DNA of 64,000 bases from an uncultured marine group III euryarchaeote (lineage in GTDB: Archaea; Thermoplasmatota; Poseidoniia; MGIII; CG-Epi1), in the NCBI GenBank assembly GCA_902627615.1, contig CACOJW010000002.1, positions 26,971 to 90,970 on the forward strand. The letters are read 5' to 3'. The translations under genes were made by a program, and so were the position numbers. Below, in pieces: positions 53,001-62,007 of the stretch (position 1 is the first letter of the stretch; each line of letters begins with the position of its first letter). Below the pieces are notes generated by a model, which had not been told where the DNA came from, ran no database searches, and saw nothing but the letters and a program-made list of their open reading frames with translations.

Positions 53001-56000
53001 ACTACACGTATGATGGATATCAAGTGCAGGCTTCAGGAGATGGTGGAGATACCTGGGCAGCGATACAACCTAAAGCCAGTGATCCAAGACAGTATGGTAC
53101 AATCTATAATACAGCGTACTATTCCAATCCACTACGTGGACTCAAGGGATACACATCTTATGGAACAACAACTGGATTTACCTATTCGCCTGATCCTCAG
53201 GGATGGGTAAAAGCTACCTTTGATTTGACAGAGTTCTGTGGAAAGAATGATGTTAAGGTTAGAGTAGTTACAGGTTGGTCAACATTATCGACAGGTCCAA
53301 GTTACTTCGAATCATTCTTTAGGTTTGATGACGTAGCAGTTACTGGATTGGTCTTTAATGATAATATAGGTCTAGGAGGATTTGAACTGCCGGACCCATT
53401 GGGCGTAGATGCAACAGTGCCTGTAGAAGCAACTGTCATTAACGCAGGTATCAACGCACAAGCTGCAAATGAGGCAACTGTAAGACTACAATTAGGACCT
53501 ATGGGATTGGAAACATATGATTCCTCAGAAGATATGGAAGACTATGCAGATGAAGCTGCAGCAGTAGTTGCAGGCTGGGCAACCAGTGATGACTGTAACA
53601 CAACCTACAGCACATGTAGCAACTGGGGATACTATGGAGGAGATCCAGGTTTTGTCATGAACACTGATGAAGGAGATGGTGACGAAACCAACTCTTGGGG
53701 TTCAGATGGCGATGAGTTCCAAATGTATTACGGCGGAGGAAGTGTTAGTGCAACAACACCAACAATTGATTTCTCTGGTGCAGCTAGTGATTTAACATTC
53801 ACAATGGTCCACAGATACAACTTTGATTACTATGCAGGATATACAGCTTATAATGGTGCTCAAGTTCACATATCAACAGATGGTGGAGACAATTGGGAAT
53901 TACTCACACCTAGCGGTGGATACCCAGGAACAATGTACAACTATGCACCATACGGTAATCCATTGTCTGGACAAGCTGGTTTCGTAAACTGTGGTTCTTG
54001 TCCAGGATCTGGAGCAGCCAGTGACGATGCAGACGAGTATATCTCTACTGAATTCGCTATGGCTGATTACGTAGATATGACAGATGTAAAGCTCAAGTTT
54101 GTTGTTGGAATGTACAGATATCAATGGCCAGGTGATGGAGAACACTGGCATATTGATTCATTGTCATTCACAGGAACAGGAATGGAGTCAGTTGCATTTG
54201 AAAAGCAATGGGATATCACAGGTGCTGGTGCTGGTGGAGAGTTCCAGAGTGGTGAAGCTCAAACAGTTGGTGTAGATTATCATTTCCAAGTTCCAGGAGA
54301 ATACAAAATTGTATTTGACGCATGGATAGGAGATAATCCATCTGATGGAGATGACTTTGCTGGAGACAACAGCGTTGCTCTTGCAAGGGAAACAATGTTC
54401 ACAGTTGTAGGAACTACAGGAGATGAGAGTGCTATGACTAAGAAGAATGACGAAAACAATGATAGACACTATGATAGTGGTTGGCACGCCTCTGTAGATG
54501 GAGGACCTAAGGATGGATTCCAATGGCAACCTTCAGCTACTACTGGAGCAAGTTCTGCACCGGTATGGTGGAATGGCCTTGACACCTATGGTAGTTCGTA
54601 TAATGGTGATGATACTAGCTTAGTATCTCCAGTTTTCGACCTTTCCAAGGCAACATCTGCTAAACTAGTATTCAACCACAAGTTTGCAATGCATGGATTT
54701 GAATATTCATGGGCTAATTACTACTATGATGGTGGTCGAATTGAAATTAGTACAGACGCAGGAGATTCCTGGTCAGCATTGAATCCAACCTCCGGTTTGG
54801 GCTATGGTGGAACTATCTACAACTATGCATACTATGGCAATCCATTGAGAGGTCAATCAGGTTTCGTTATGGGCTCTGATGGCTGGCACGAAACACAATG
54901 TAGATTAGATTCTTACACAGGTCCGGGAATGGATCAACTTCAGATAAGATTCCGATTGGGTGGAACGTTCTTTAACAATCCAACAAATTGGGAAATTGAT
55001 GATGTAGGAGTTTATGGACTTGGTTTCGATCTTGCTATGACCTCTGAAGCAGCACCGTATACCTTAGAAGTAGGTGAATCATTCACGATGTCTACTTCAT
55101 TCAAAAATCAAGGTATGGGTAACCTAGGACCTGGAGGCGCTGTGGAAACTGCTCACGCATATGCATATGTTAATGATATGGGTGGCAACGAGCTTTGGTC
55201 ATCTGAAACATCACTCGGTACGCTAGCAATGGCTTACTACGATGACGCAGGCAATACAGTTGCAGGTGCAGAATCAGCAGTCATTGACTTTGAATTCCCA
55301 GGAATGGATACGGCTGGATTATACACAGCAGGTGTCAAAGTAGCAGATGCCGATGGTAACACATTAGCAGACTTGTTCATGGCTAACAATGATGCAAGCC
55401 ACATGTTGATTGTAGGTAAGAGCGCAGATATGGGTTCACCACTATTGACTGGCGGACCTAATTGGGTAGCAACAGAAGATGAACCTGCAGAAGTCGGTGA
55501 CGGCGCTATGGGCGTTTCATGGGACCAAACTGGCGTAGCTACAGATGCATTAGCAGTGTCCATTGGAGGACAAGCTACTGGTTTTGTTCCTCAGAACCCA
55601 ACAGTTCAACTTGGAACTGAAGTAACATGGACCAATGCAGATAGTATAACACACACAGTAACAGACAAGGATGCACAATTCGATTCTTTCGATATGCTAC
55701 CTGGTGAAAGTTATTCATTAACCTTCACGGAAGTAGGAGTGTTCAACTATTACTGTAAGTTCCATCCAATGATGGAAGGATCTATAACCGTACTATCTTC
55801 GCAGTCGGCAGATGAGCAAGTCAGAACAAGCTACGTTGAAGTTTGGTCTGCTACAGCTTATCTAGTATTCTGGGCAAATTTCGATATGTCTGACGACAGT
55901 GAAATTAGTATTTATGCACAGAAGAAAGGCGCATCTTTAGATGATGCAGACACTCTAGGACTATGGGGAGCTAATGGATTCACCATAATGGACGGATCAA

Positions 56001-57196
56001 ACCATGAGGAAGTTGGAGGAACACTATCTGGTAATTCAGATGGCTGGAACCCATACTACATGTCATTAGATTCAAAGAAGCTAGGATACAGTAGTTTAGA
56101 TTACGATCCAGCAGATGACAATGCATACTCATTCGTTTTCCGTGCAAGAGGTGTTGAAGGAACAGCTCACATAGGTGGAGTTGAAGTCATTAGAACACTT
56201 GACACTGGATTCTTCATGACAAAAGATGATGTTGGTAAGTTGACCTATGATATATTCCCAAGTTTAGCAGTCGAAATTGACTACTTCACAAAGAATATAG
56301 GTACACAAGACAACACATTCCGTATGACTCCAGAATTGGAAGCACAAGGTAAATCCTATGATGGAGCTGCCTTTGATGTTTCAATCAATGTCATGATGAA
56401 CGGTAATACCTTCGAAGATATTACTTCAAGCCAAGATGAAAACGGAGTTTGGACATACGAATTTGATATGGCTCCAGATGATGAAGCAATGATTACTGTC
56501 CGTTTCGGCGCTCCAGACTACGATCAAGAAGCCGGTGAACCAGCAGGTAACCGCAAGTTTGATGTAATAGTTAATGGATACGACGTAGGCAGTGATGAAT
56601 CTCTAAGAGAACCTGTCGCTGCAACTTTGTTCATTAAACCATCACAGTTTGTGCTTGGTGAAATGACATTCAATCGTGCAGGTGTAATCGAAGGAGACTC
56701 TTTAGATATCACAGTTAAAGCATGGAACGAAGGTAACTACGCATCTGATGTGTTAGTTGTTTTCTACGCTATGGATTCAACTGGTGATGCATACTCCACT
56801 CCTGAAGGGGTCAAACGTATGAAGAGAGTAGCTTCAACAACCGTACCACTAATGGCACCTAAGCCTGTTTTAGAAAACGACGGAGTTTTCCAAACTTGGT
56901 ATTTTGCAACTGCAACATGGGATGAGACATTTATTCCAGGAACTACAGTCCAAGATTTTGAAACTGTAGAAATGTATGCAATGATCAACCCAGACGCAGA
57001 AGAGCAAGATGTTAAAGACGGAGTAAAGACTCAAGATGAGTATCTAAATCAGAAAGATGATAATGATGCAGTTGGCAGTATTGCAATTGTCAAAAACAAG
57101 GCATCTACACCGTCTTTCACAGTAGGACTCATTGGTCTTTCTGTAGCAGCCTTAGTCGCATCTATTGGTGCTTCTCTTCGTAGAGAAGAAGAATAG
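50054..57196 (+). CDS. Giant (2380 aa) surface protein: signal peptide, shared N-terminal module, CARDB-like domains, a beta-propeller-like region, four MAM-like modules, an embedded cupredoxin domain and a PGF-CTERM-like C-terminal anchor
   Basis: Signal AAKLMAIVVVVSMVASTLVLFAPEASA. N-terminal GSDSYGYTFKDNAEADGPVYDDEWIEL...FTFEFYENEY is homologous to 8610..12740. MAM-like modules at about 52092..52537, 52764..53347, 53689..54175 and 54478..55018, carrying YGNPIS, YYSNPLRG, YGNPLSG and YYGNPLRG. Tail PSFTVGLIGLSVAALVASIGASLRREEE. AGGTG lies 8 nt before the ATG. Confidence 0.92.
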   Translation: MQKTHNVSKRNWAAKLMAIVVVVSMVASTLVLFAPEASARTGSDSYGYTFKDNAEADGPVYDDEWIELVGNDAAELLISSSTDAGQSAVDIGFTFEFYENEYTTWGNGGDNGYINLGSAGYSSRWTPYSIPYSGLGTAVIGGWFDGGFCRASNPTAGVYYATIGTEPNRKLVVQYQDQGAWYPSVYQCPGAAAANALTWQIVLHENTNLITMNYKDTNGGYSSDNEYMTAGIQGVPGGTLTGLQYAYRNSPTWSDETSVRYAPPPPARNDLRLKSTAVPDPMSLAEENILGATVSNYGVNCDTAGECTPVNEDNVAVKASIFSVKESVSTFAFDGEDSDSFTPMSIQGQNKWTAALNDGKGDHNYGDEGSDDGSWSSGRKSQTLGGMFTDQQKIHYDGTNILIADKGSDSVLKLDIATNAVTTVIAASSTYLNDVIDVTDDGTYYYTLARTSGTYSSTTKVCKWLISDTTQAPTCSGSTAVRYGTSLTHYGGELFALQTSSSSTYRKVIILDASDMSTEGSLSYASGVSSYYYAMGIDADDTNGDLYIAYRDYYGRTREYTRDSDGDYSASDYRQFYTYARYHHALDVQDDYVYTSGFYYSSWYGGMKKCSTSSSSCSTLWNSYTGANGYKGSVATTDTGDIYVSSNYAFSYYSFSNWDDKIWIHENDGGYSGTPDTTLGPNPASLAALSTPAFDTSDAIGMTMTFKYSYQFYYRWEGAYLESSVDGGSTWDYVSGDKFSAGGYYGTTFGVYGNPISTSLDTWTYYNTNDRYSYNTNSAPWATASLDLGDYTGYSDVRFRWVVGFNQYDNTYYYDSYFRIDDVEITTKEADTTYAEETQTIASLGFKEEASVEFFTVDTFQPSLEGLSVGDKLAVLISVTGENGDEDLSNNRDIQFREVKYVIFADDFEDGDASNWETGKVRYGSGDTWEVRDRDSNAGSYSMDSDFRRSNSVPADNYVSTPSLDLTLPVEAELQMAISFYGYYTYDGYQVQASGDGGDTWAAIQPKASDPRQYGTIYNTAYYSNPLRGLKGYTSYGTTTGFTYSPDPQGWVKATFDLTEFCGKNDVKVRVVTGWSTLSTGPSYFESFFRFDDVAVTGLVFNDNIGLGGFELPDPLGVDATVPVEATVINAGINAQAANEATVRLQLGPMGLETYDSSEDMEDYADEAAAVVAGWATSDDCNTTYSTCSNWGYYGGDPGFVMNTDEGDGDETNSWGSDGDEFQMYYGGGSVSATTPTIDFSGAASDLTFTMVHRYNFDYYAGYTAYNGAQVHISTDGGDNWELLTPSGGYPGTMYNYAPYGNPLSGQAGFVNCGSCPGSGAASDDADEYISTEFAMADYVDMTDVKLKFVVGMYRYQWPGDGEHWHIDSLSFTGTGMESVAFEKQWDITGAGAGGEFQSGEAQTVGVDYHFQVPGEYKIVFDAWIGDNPSDGDDFAGDNSVALARETMFTVVGTTGDESAMTKKNDENNDRHYDSGWHASVDGGPKDGFQWQPSATTGASSAPVWWNGLDTYGSSYNGDDTSLVSPVFDLSKATSAKLVFNHKFAMHGFEYSWANYYYDGGRIEISTDAGDSWSALNPTSGLGYGGTIYNYAYYGNPLRGQSGFVMGSDGWHETQCRLDSYTGPGMDQLQIRFRLGGTFFNNPTNWEIDDVGVYGLGFDLAMTSEAAPYTLEVGESFTMSTSFKNQGMGNLGPGGAVETAHAYAYVNDMGGNELWSSETSLGTLAMAYYDDAGNTVAGAESAVIDFEFPGMDTAGLYTAGVKVADADGNTLADLFMANNDASHMLIVGKSADMGSPLLTGGPNWVATEDEPAEVGDGAMGVSWDQTGVATDALAVSIGGQATGFVPQNPTVQLGTEVTWTNADSITHTVTDKDAQFDSFDMLPGESYSLTFTEVGVFNYYCKFHPMMEGSITVLSSQSADEQVRTSYVEVWSATAYLVFWANFDMSDDSEISIYAQKKGASLDDADTLGLWGANGFTIMDGSNHEEVGGTLSGNSDGWNPYYMSLDSKKLGYSSLDYDPADDNAYSFVFRARGVEGTAHIGGVEVIRTLDTGFFMTKDDVGKLTYDIFPSLAVEIDYFTKNIGTQDNTFRMTPELEAQGKSYDGAAFDVSINVMMNGNTFEDITSSQDENGVWTYEFDMAPDDEAMITVRFGAPDYDQEAGEPAGNRKFDVIVNGYDVGSDESLREPVAATLFIKPSQFVLGEMTFNRAGVIEGDSLDITVKAWNEGNYASDVLVVFYAMDSTGDAYSTPEGVKRMKRVASTTVPLMAPKPVLENDGVFQTWYFATATWDETFIPGTTVQDFETVEMYAMINPDAEEQDVKDGVKTQDEYLNQKDDNDAVGSIAIVKNKASTPSFTVGLIGLSVAALVASIGASLRREEE
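55560..55800 (+). other. Type-1 copper (cupredoxin/plastocyanin-like) domain inside the giant protein
   Basis: PQNPTVQLGTEVTWTNADSITHTVTDKDAQFDSFDMLPGESYSLTFTEVGVFNYYCKFHPMMEGSITV. It carries His (THTV) and the C-x2-H-x2-M ligand set in the canonical order and spacing. Confidence 0.8.
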
Positions 57197-57217
57197 ACGA
57201 AATAAGTCAATGAAGGA

Positions 57218-57240
57218 GGGAGAAGGCAAGTCCTTCTCCT
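57218..57240 (+). terminator. Hairpin 22 nt after the giant gene stop
   Basis: GGGAGAAGG-CAAGT-CCTTCTCCT (8 Watson-Crick pairs plus 1 G-U). No clear T-run follows, so a terminator role is uncertain. Confidence 0.4.
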
Positions 57241-57297
57241 ATCCGATCATGTAAGCTCCAGCGTCAGCTTTAATTCCATAAGGAAACAATTAGTGTT

Positions 57298-58218
57298 ATG
57301 TTTGAACCAGCTTCTTCAACAGGAACGATATTAGTTGTGGTTGTGGGATTTCTAGTTCTTAATTATTGCCGACAGAATCAGTTTATGGTTTCGCAATCGC
57401 TAGTTTTCATTAACTTTAGTATATTTGCTACTTGGTGGATTCTAGTTTTTATTAAACCTTCAATGGCAATTGATGCACTATTAAATTTAGGATTCAAGCC
57501 TTTGTATTTGCAATCGTTAAATTTTGAACTATTGACTCTGTTTAGTTCAATGTTTATGCATGGAAGTCCTATGCATTTACTAATGAACATGCTGATATTG
57601 ATATTATTGGGCGTTCCTTTTGAAGATCGTATAGGTTCAAAATCTTTTTTGCGAATTTATTTGATCAGCGGTCTAATAGGATCTTTACTTACCGGAATAA
57701 TCTCAGTTTGGAATGAAGGGAATGACATAGAAACAGTCCATATTGGCGCTTCAGGAGCAGTTTTCGGCATTATGGGTGCATTTGTCTTATTGTATCCTAG
57801 GCTTGAGATACCTATGCTTTTAGGGCCAATATTTATGCAAAGAGTTCCTGTTTTACTATCTACTATAGTATTTGTTGGAATGGAAACTCTCTATGTGGGT
57901 TTAGGTACTGATGATGGTATAGGGCATGGAACACACATGGCGTCGTTTGTTGGAGGTGTATTCTTAGCTCCTTATTATGCATCTAAAGTAAAAGATATTA
58001 AAGAAGCAATTAATTTTGATTTATCCTTTTTATCCAAAATCAATGAAAAAACAGGTATGGGGAGTCGTGAGCTCAAGATGGTTGAGGATTCTGATGAACC
58101 AGAGTTGATAGAAGCTTGGATAGATGAATTTTGGAAAATTCAAAAGTGTCCTAATTGTGGGGGAGATATATCTCCAAAAGGCAAGTGTTCAAAGTGCAAT
58201 TCTAATTTTATAGATTAA
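57298..58218 (+). CDS. Rhomboid-family intramembrane serine protease with a C-terminal cytoplasmic zinc ribbon
   Basis: MHGSPMHLLMNM (H-x4-H-x3-N), catalytic GASGAVFG, catalytic His in GHGTHMASFVGG, and C-terminal CPNCGG...CSKCNS (58147..58218). Confidence 0.9.
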   Translation: MFEPASSTGTILVVVVGFLVLNYCRQNQFMVSQSLVFINFSIFATWWILVFIKPSMAIDALLNLGFKPLYLQSLNFELLTLFSSMFMHGSPMHLLMNMLILILLGVPFEDRIGSKSFLRIYLISGLIGSLLTGIISVWNEGNDIETVHIGASGAVFGIMGAFVLLYPRLEIPMLLGPIFMQRVPVLLSTIVFVGMETLYVGLGTDDGIGHGTHMASFVGGVFLAPYYASKVKDIKEAINFDLSFLSKINEKTGMGSRELKMVEDSDEPELIEAWIDEFWKIQKCPNCGGDISPKGKCSKCNSNFID

Positions 58219-59681
58219 GCAGTTAAGAAATGGTCATAGAATAGAGCAACAACTATTGATCCTATTGTACAAGTTATAATCATAACAGGAACACCTACAC
58301 CTAGCCATTCTTTGGTTGAAATTTTGTGCCCGCCTCTTTCGCTAATAGCAATAGTCATAACGTTCGCACTAGAACCAATAGGAGTAGCATTTCCTCCAAA
58401 GCCACAGCCAATTGCTAAAGCCCAATATAGGGGAATAATATCTACCTCAGCTATACCTGTAACTGGATCTTTACTTAATTCGCCTATTTCTAGAATTACA
58501 GGTAACATAGCTGCACAAAAAGGAATATTGTCAACGATAGCAGATGCAATAGCGGAAACCCATATGAGAACAATAACCAATACTATGGGACTGTTATGTA
58601 TTGTTCCATCAGGTCCAAAATTATCAAAGATCATATTAGCTATGGCCTCCAGGTATCCCATAGCTTCCAACCCTCCAACCATAACAAATAGCCCTGCGAA
58701 GAATAAAAGTGCACCCCATTCGACTTTATGCACAACTTCATGGATATCCATACGTTTTTCTTCAGGAACACCTAGCATACTAATTGACATGGCAATACCA
58801 GCACCACCAAGAGATACTGCTGAAATTTCTAAATCTAAATGCAAGAGTTCCACTGCAGCAAACATTACAACGGTTACTGCTAAAGCCCCTAAAGTTCTGT
58901 ACATCAAAGTATCGTTTTTTACAGCAGCCCATTCATCTTCACTAGTTACTTCTTCCACGTTCTGGGGTTTAACTTCTCTCCAGTTTTTGAAGTGACGGTG
59001 CATAAACCAGAGAGTAGCACCCCAAGCAACTATGGCCAAAGGAGTTAGATGGTAAATAAAACTCATAAAACCGAATCCTAAGCCTCGAGCACTTGCATAT
59101 GACGCGATTAAAACGTTAGGAGGATCACCCACTAATGTTGCTACGCCTCCAGTGTTTGAGAAGATTGCTAGAGCAATTAGTGGTGGAATAGGACTAATTT
59201 CAATCTTAGAGCAAATTTTTAGCGTTACAGGTGCTATTAGAATCAAAGCTGTAACATTATCAATAAAGACAGAAATTACTGTGGTAAACGTTCCTAGATA
59301 GAATACCAATTTCCAAGGATCTCCTCCAGATAATTTTGTAGCTTTTATTGCTACAAATTCAAAGAAACCGCTTATTTCTAGCATTCCAGCAAAGATCATC
59401 ATTCCCAATAGCAATCCTATGACGTTGAAATCTATAGCCTCAAACAGATTATTTTGACATACTGCGCCAGCTTCACCATGACCGCCTCCCGTACACCAAG
59501 TTAGGGAATCGTAGTAAGTTCCAACCAAGAGCATTCCAACAGCACCGCCCCAAGCTGCTAAAACACGATCAACAATTTCACCTAAAATTAAAGCAAATGC
59601 TACTAGGAAAACAAGTAGAATAAGTATAGCTTCGATTGAGCCAGTATCTGCCACGTAATCAGTTGTCGATTCTGTCGCCAT
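58215..59681 (-). CDS. ArsB/NhaD-superfamily ion/anion permease
   Basis: ~12 TM helices, a duplicated hairpin-type motif (SNTGGVATLVGDPPN and GGNATPIGSSANV), and a central hydrophilic loop. Confidence 0.7.
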   Translation of the reverse strand: MATESTTDYVADTGSIEAILILLVFLVAFALILGEIVDRVLAAWGGAVGMLLVGTYYDSLTWCTGGGHGEAGAVCQNNLFEAIDFNVIGLLLGMMIFAGMLEISGFFEFVAIKATKLSGGDPWKLVFYLGTFTTVISVFIDNVTALILIAPVTLKICSKIEISPIPPLIALAIFSNTGGVATLVGDPPNVLIASYASARGLGFGFMSFIYHLTPLAIVAWGATLWFMHRHFKNWREVKPQNVEEVTSEDEWAAVKNDTLMYRTLGALAVTVVMFAAVELLHLDLEISAVSLGGAGIAMSISMLGVPEEKRMDIHEVVHKVEWGALLFFAGLFVMVGGLEAMGYLEAIANMIFDNFGPDGTIHNSPIVLVIVLIWVSAIASAIVDNIPFCAAMLPVILEIGELSKDPVTGIAEVDIIPLYWALAIGCGFGGNATPIGSSANVMTIAISERGGHKISTKEWLGVGVPVMIITCTIGSIVVALFYDHFLTA

Positions 59682-59712
59682 GACTAAATTATCTTAGGGG
59701 CGGAATAAAAGC

Positions 59713-62007
59713 TTAAGCTAGCCGGTTCCATATTGGTTTAGTCCATTTATCTCTGATTTCTTCAATTGTTAATTGTGCTATTCTGTCGTTACCACTTTTG
59801 AAGATTATTTTTTCATTAATATCACCAATCTTCTTAGCAAAGTCAAATCGTTTACTAAAAGCATCTTCATATTTAGGATTAACTTGTACAATCCATCTTC
59901 CATTAGATTCACTAAATAATTCAACATCATTTCTTAATTGACCATCGAAAGTAATCTCCGCTCCAATACCGCTCATACACATTTCAATAATTGAAAGAGC
60001 CAATCCACCGTTTGAAATATCATGACAAGCTACTACTTCTTCATTTTCTATAGCTTGAATTAGTTGTTCCATCCTAGGAAGAAAAGTTTTGAAATTAGTT
60101 GAAGGAACTTTTGCACACTCAAGTCCTAAAGTTCTGTAGTAAAGACTAGCACCCATTTCCTCTTTTGTTTGGCCTACAAGCCAGATACTTCCTTTGCTTT
60201 TCATATCACTGGTCACACATTTTCTAATATCATTTACTAATCCAATGCCCATCAAGACAGGAGTTGGTGGAATAGCCCCTTCCTGAGTTTCATTATACAA
60301 GCTTACATTTCCTGAGACATAAGGGACGTCTACAGCAGTAGCAGCGTCTCTTAGAGCCTCACAACTAGCTTTGAATTGACCCATTACGTCAGGCCTACGA
60401 GGATTTCCAAAGCATAAACAATCTGCTAGAGAATCGATTCTAGCTCCAACGGAAGCTAAATTTCTGCAAACTTCTTCTACGGCACTCATGGTTCCGTGGT
60501 AAGGATTTGCTTCCATGAGGTATGGATTTACATCTGAAGTCAATGCCAATCCTTTCCAGGAATCATCAACGGGTTTTATTACAGATGAATCTCCGGGAAC
60601 TTCTTTTCCAATAGGGCCTTGTATCGGCTTCAGAGCAGTTTTTCCTCTTACTTCATGATCATATTGCCTAATTACCCAATCTTTTGATGCAACCTCTGGT
60701 TGATTAATGATATTGATTATTTGTGTTTTGATATCATTCGGATAAGGGGGTAAATCAGAAGGATTCCCTATATCATATTCAGGTAAATTGTAAGGTCTTT
60801 TGTAAACAGGACCTCCGGTAGTAAATTCCAAATCTAGATTTAAGATTTCGGTGCCATGATAGTTTACGATATTTCGTTTTTCAGCAATGACTTCCCCTAT
60901 GCTTACAGCTTCAACATCCCATGAGTTACAAATTTCAAGTACTTTATCCACATTTTTTGGCGTTACTGTAAACATCATTCGCTCTTGAGATTCAGAAACC
61001 CATATTTCCCAAGGAGGCATATTTTCGACTTTCAAATGTACTTTTTCTAAATCTACTTTTGCTCCAAATCCAGCATCTAATGCAAGTTCTCCAACTACAC
61101 AAGACAGCCCTCCGCCTCCTAAATCTTTCATTCCAGTTAATAATCCCATTTCGTTTAATTCTAAGCATAAATGCATTAGAGGCTCTTTGGTTATAGGATC
61201 ACCTAGTTGTACAGCTCCTATATCTTCTTCAGACCCAGCATCCAAATCACGTGATGCAAAGGTTACGCCGTGTATTCCATCGCGTCCAGTTCTTCCTCCT
61301 GCGAGTATGTAAATATCCCCCACACTTCCAGCTTTACTGTGAATCATTAATTCTTTTTCAACAATACCTACGCATCCAACATTCACCAAAGGATTTCCAG
61401 TATATTTCGGATGGAATGCAACTTGACCTGCTACGGTAGGTATTCCGACTCTATTTCCGTAATCACGTATGCCTGCAACTACGCCACCCATAAGATATCG
61501 AGGATGTTTCACTCCTTCAGCTAGTGTATCGCGAGGCGTATCTAATTCTCCAAAAAACAAGGGATCTACCAATGCAATTGGTTGAGCACCCATACAAACA
61601 ACATCTCTCAAGATGCCTCCAATACCTGTCGCTGAACCTCCGTAAGGATCAAGTGCAGATGGATGATTATGTGATTCCAATCCAACAGCGTAGTAATGCT
61701 TGTCATCAAATTCCATTATTCCAGCGTCTTCTCTTGCTATCACCTTTTTGCTAGATTTAAGCCCGAAAACAGTTTCCTCTAAGACAGGTTTCGAGGATTT
61801 GTAGCAGCAATGCTCAGACCATGCTTGATCTATGGCTTGAAGTTCAACATCTGTAGGCCTTCTTCCTTCATTTCGAAAATAACCTTTAACTTTTTCCATT
61901 TCATCAGGTAGTAAACCTAAACCTAAATCATTTACAATTTTAGATAAGTCTTCTTCTAAGTTAACATAAAAAACTTTTTTTGCGTTGGGAACTGGCTCTA
62001 GCATCAA
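59713..62007 (-). CDS. purL: Phosphoribosylformylglycinamidine synthase subunit PurL
   Basis: QAWSEHCCYK, VGLESHNHPSALDPYGGSATGIGG, duplicated AIR-synthase-like domains, and a 4-nt overlap with purS. Confidence 0.96.
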   Translation of the reverse strand: MMLEPVPNAKKVFYVNLEEDLSKIVNDLGLGLLPDEMEKVKGYFRNEGRRPTDVELQAIDQAWSEHCCYKSSKPVLEETVFGLKSSKKVIAREDAGIMEFDDKHYYAVGLESHNHPSALDPYGGSATGIGGILRDVVCMGAQPIALVDPLFFGELDTPRDTLAEGVKHPRYLMGGVVAGIRDYGNRVGIPTVAGQVAFHPKYTGNPLVNVGCVGIVEKELMIHSKAGSVGDIYILAGGRTGRDGIHGVTFASRDLDAGSEEDIGAVQLGDPITKEPLMHLCLELNEMGLLTGMKDLGGGGLSCVVGELALDAGFGAKVDLEKVHLKVENMPPWEIWVSESQERMMFTVTPKNVDKVLEICNSWDVEAVSIGEVIAEKRNIVNYHGTEILNLDLEFTTGGPVYKRPYNLPEYDIGNPSDLPPYPNDIKTQIINIINQPEVASKDWVIRQYDHEVRGKTALKPIQGPIGKEVPGDSSVIKPVDDSWKGLALTSDVNPYLMEANPYHGTMSAVEEVCRNLASVGARIDSLADCLCFGNPRRPDVMGQFKASCEALRDAATAVDVPYVSGNVSLYNETQEGAIPPTPVLMGIGLVNDIRKCVTSDMKSKGSIWLVGQTKEEMGASLYYRTLGLECAKVPSTNFKTFLPRMEQLIQAIENEEVVACHDISNGGLALSIIEMCMSGIGAEITFDGQLRNDVELFSESNGRWIVQVNPKYEDAFSKRFDFAKKIGDINEKIIFKSGNDRIAQLTIEEIRDKWTKPIWNRLA

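Noticed and set aside
58312-58995. 227-aa plus-strand ORF inside the ArsB/NhaD-like permease gene
   Set aside because: It is antisense to a 488-aa, 12-TM protein with recognisable permease hairpin motifs. Its composition (Pro/Ser/Thr/Ile runs) is typical of a reverse-frame artefact.
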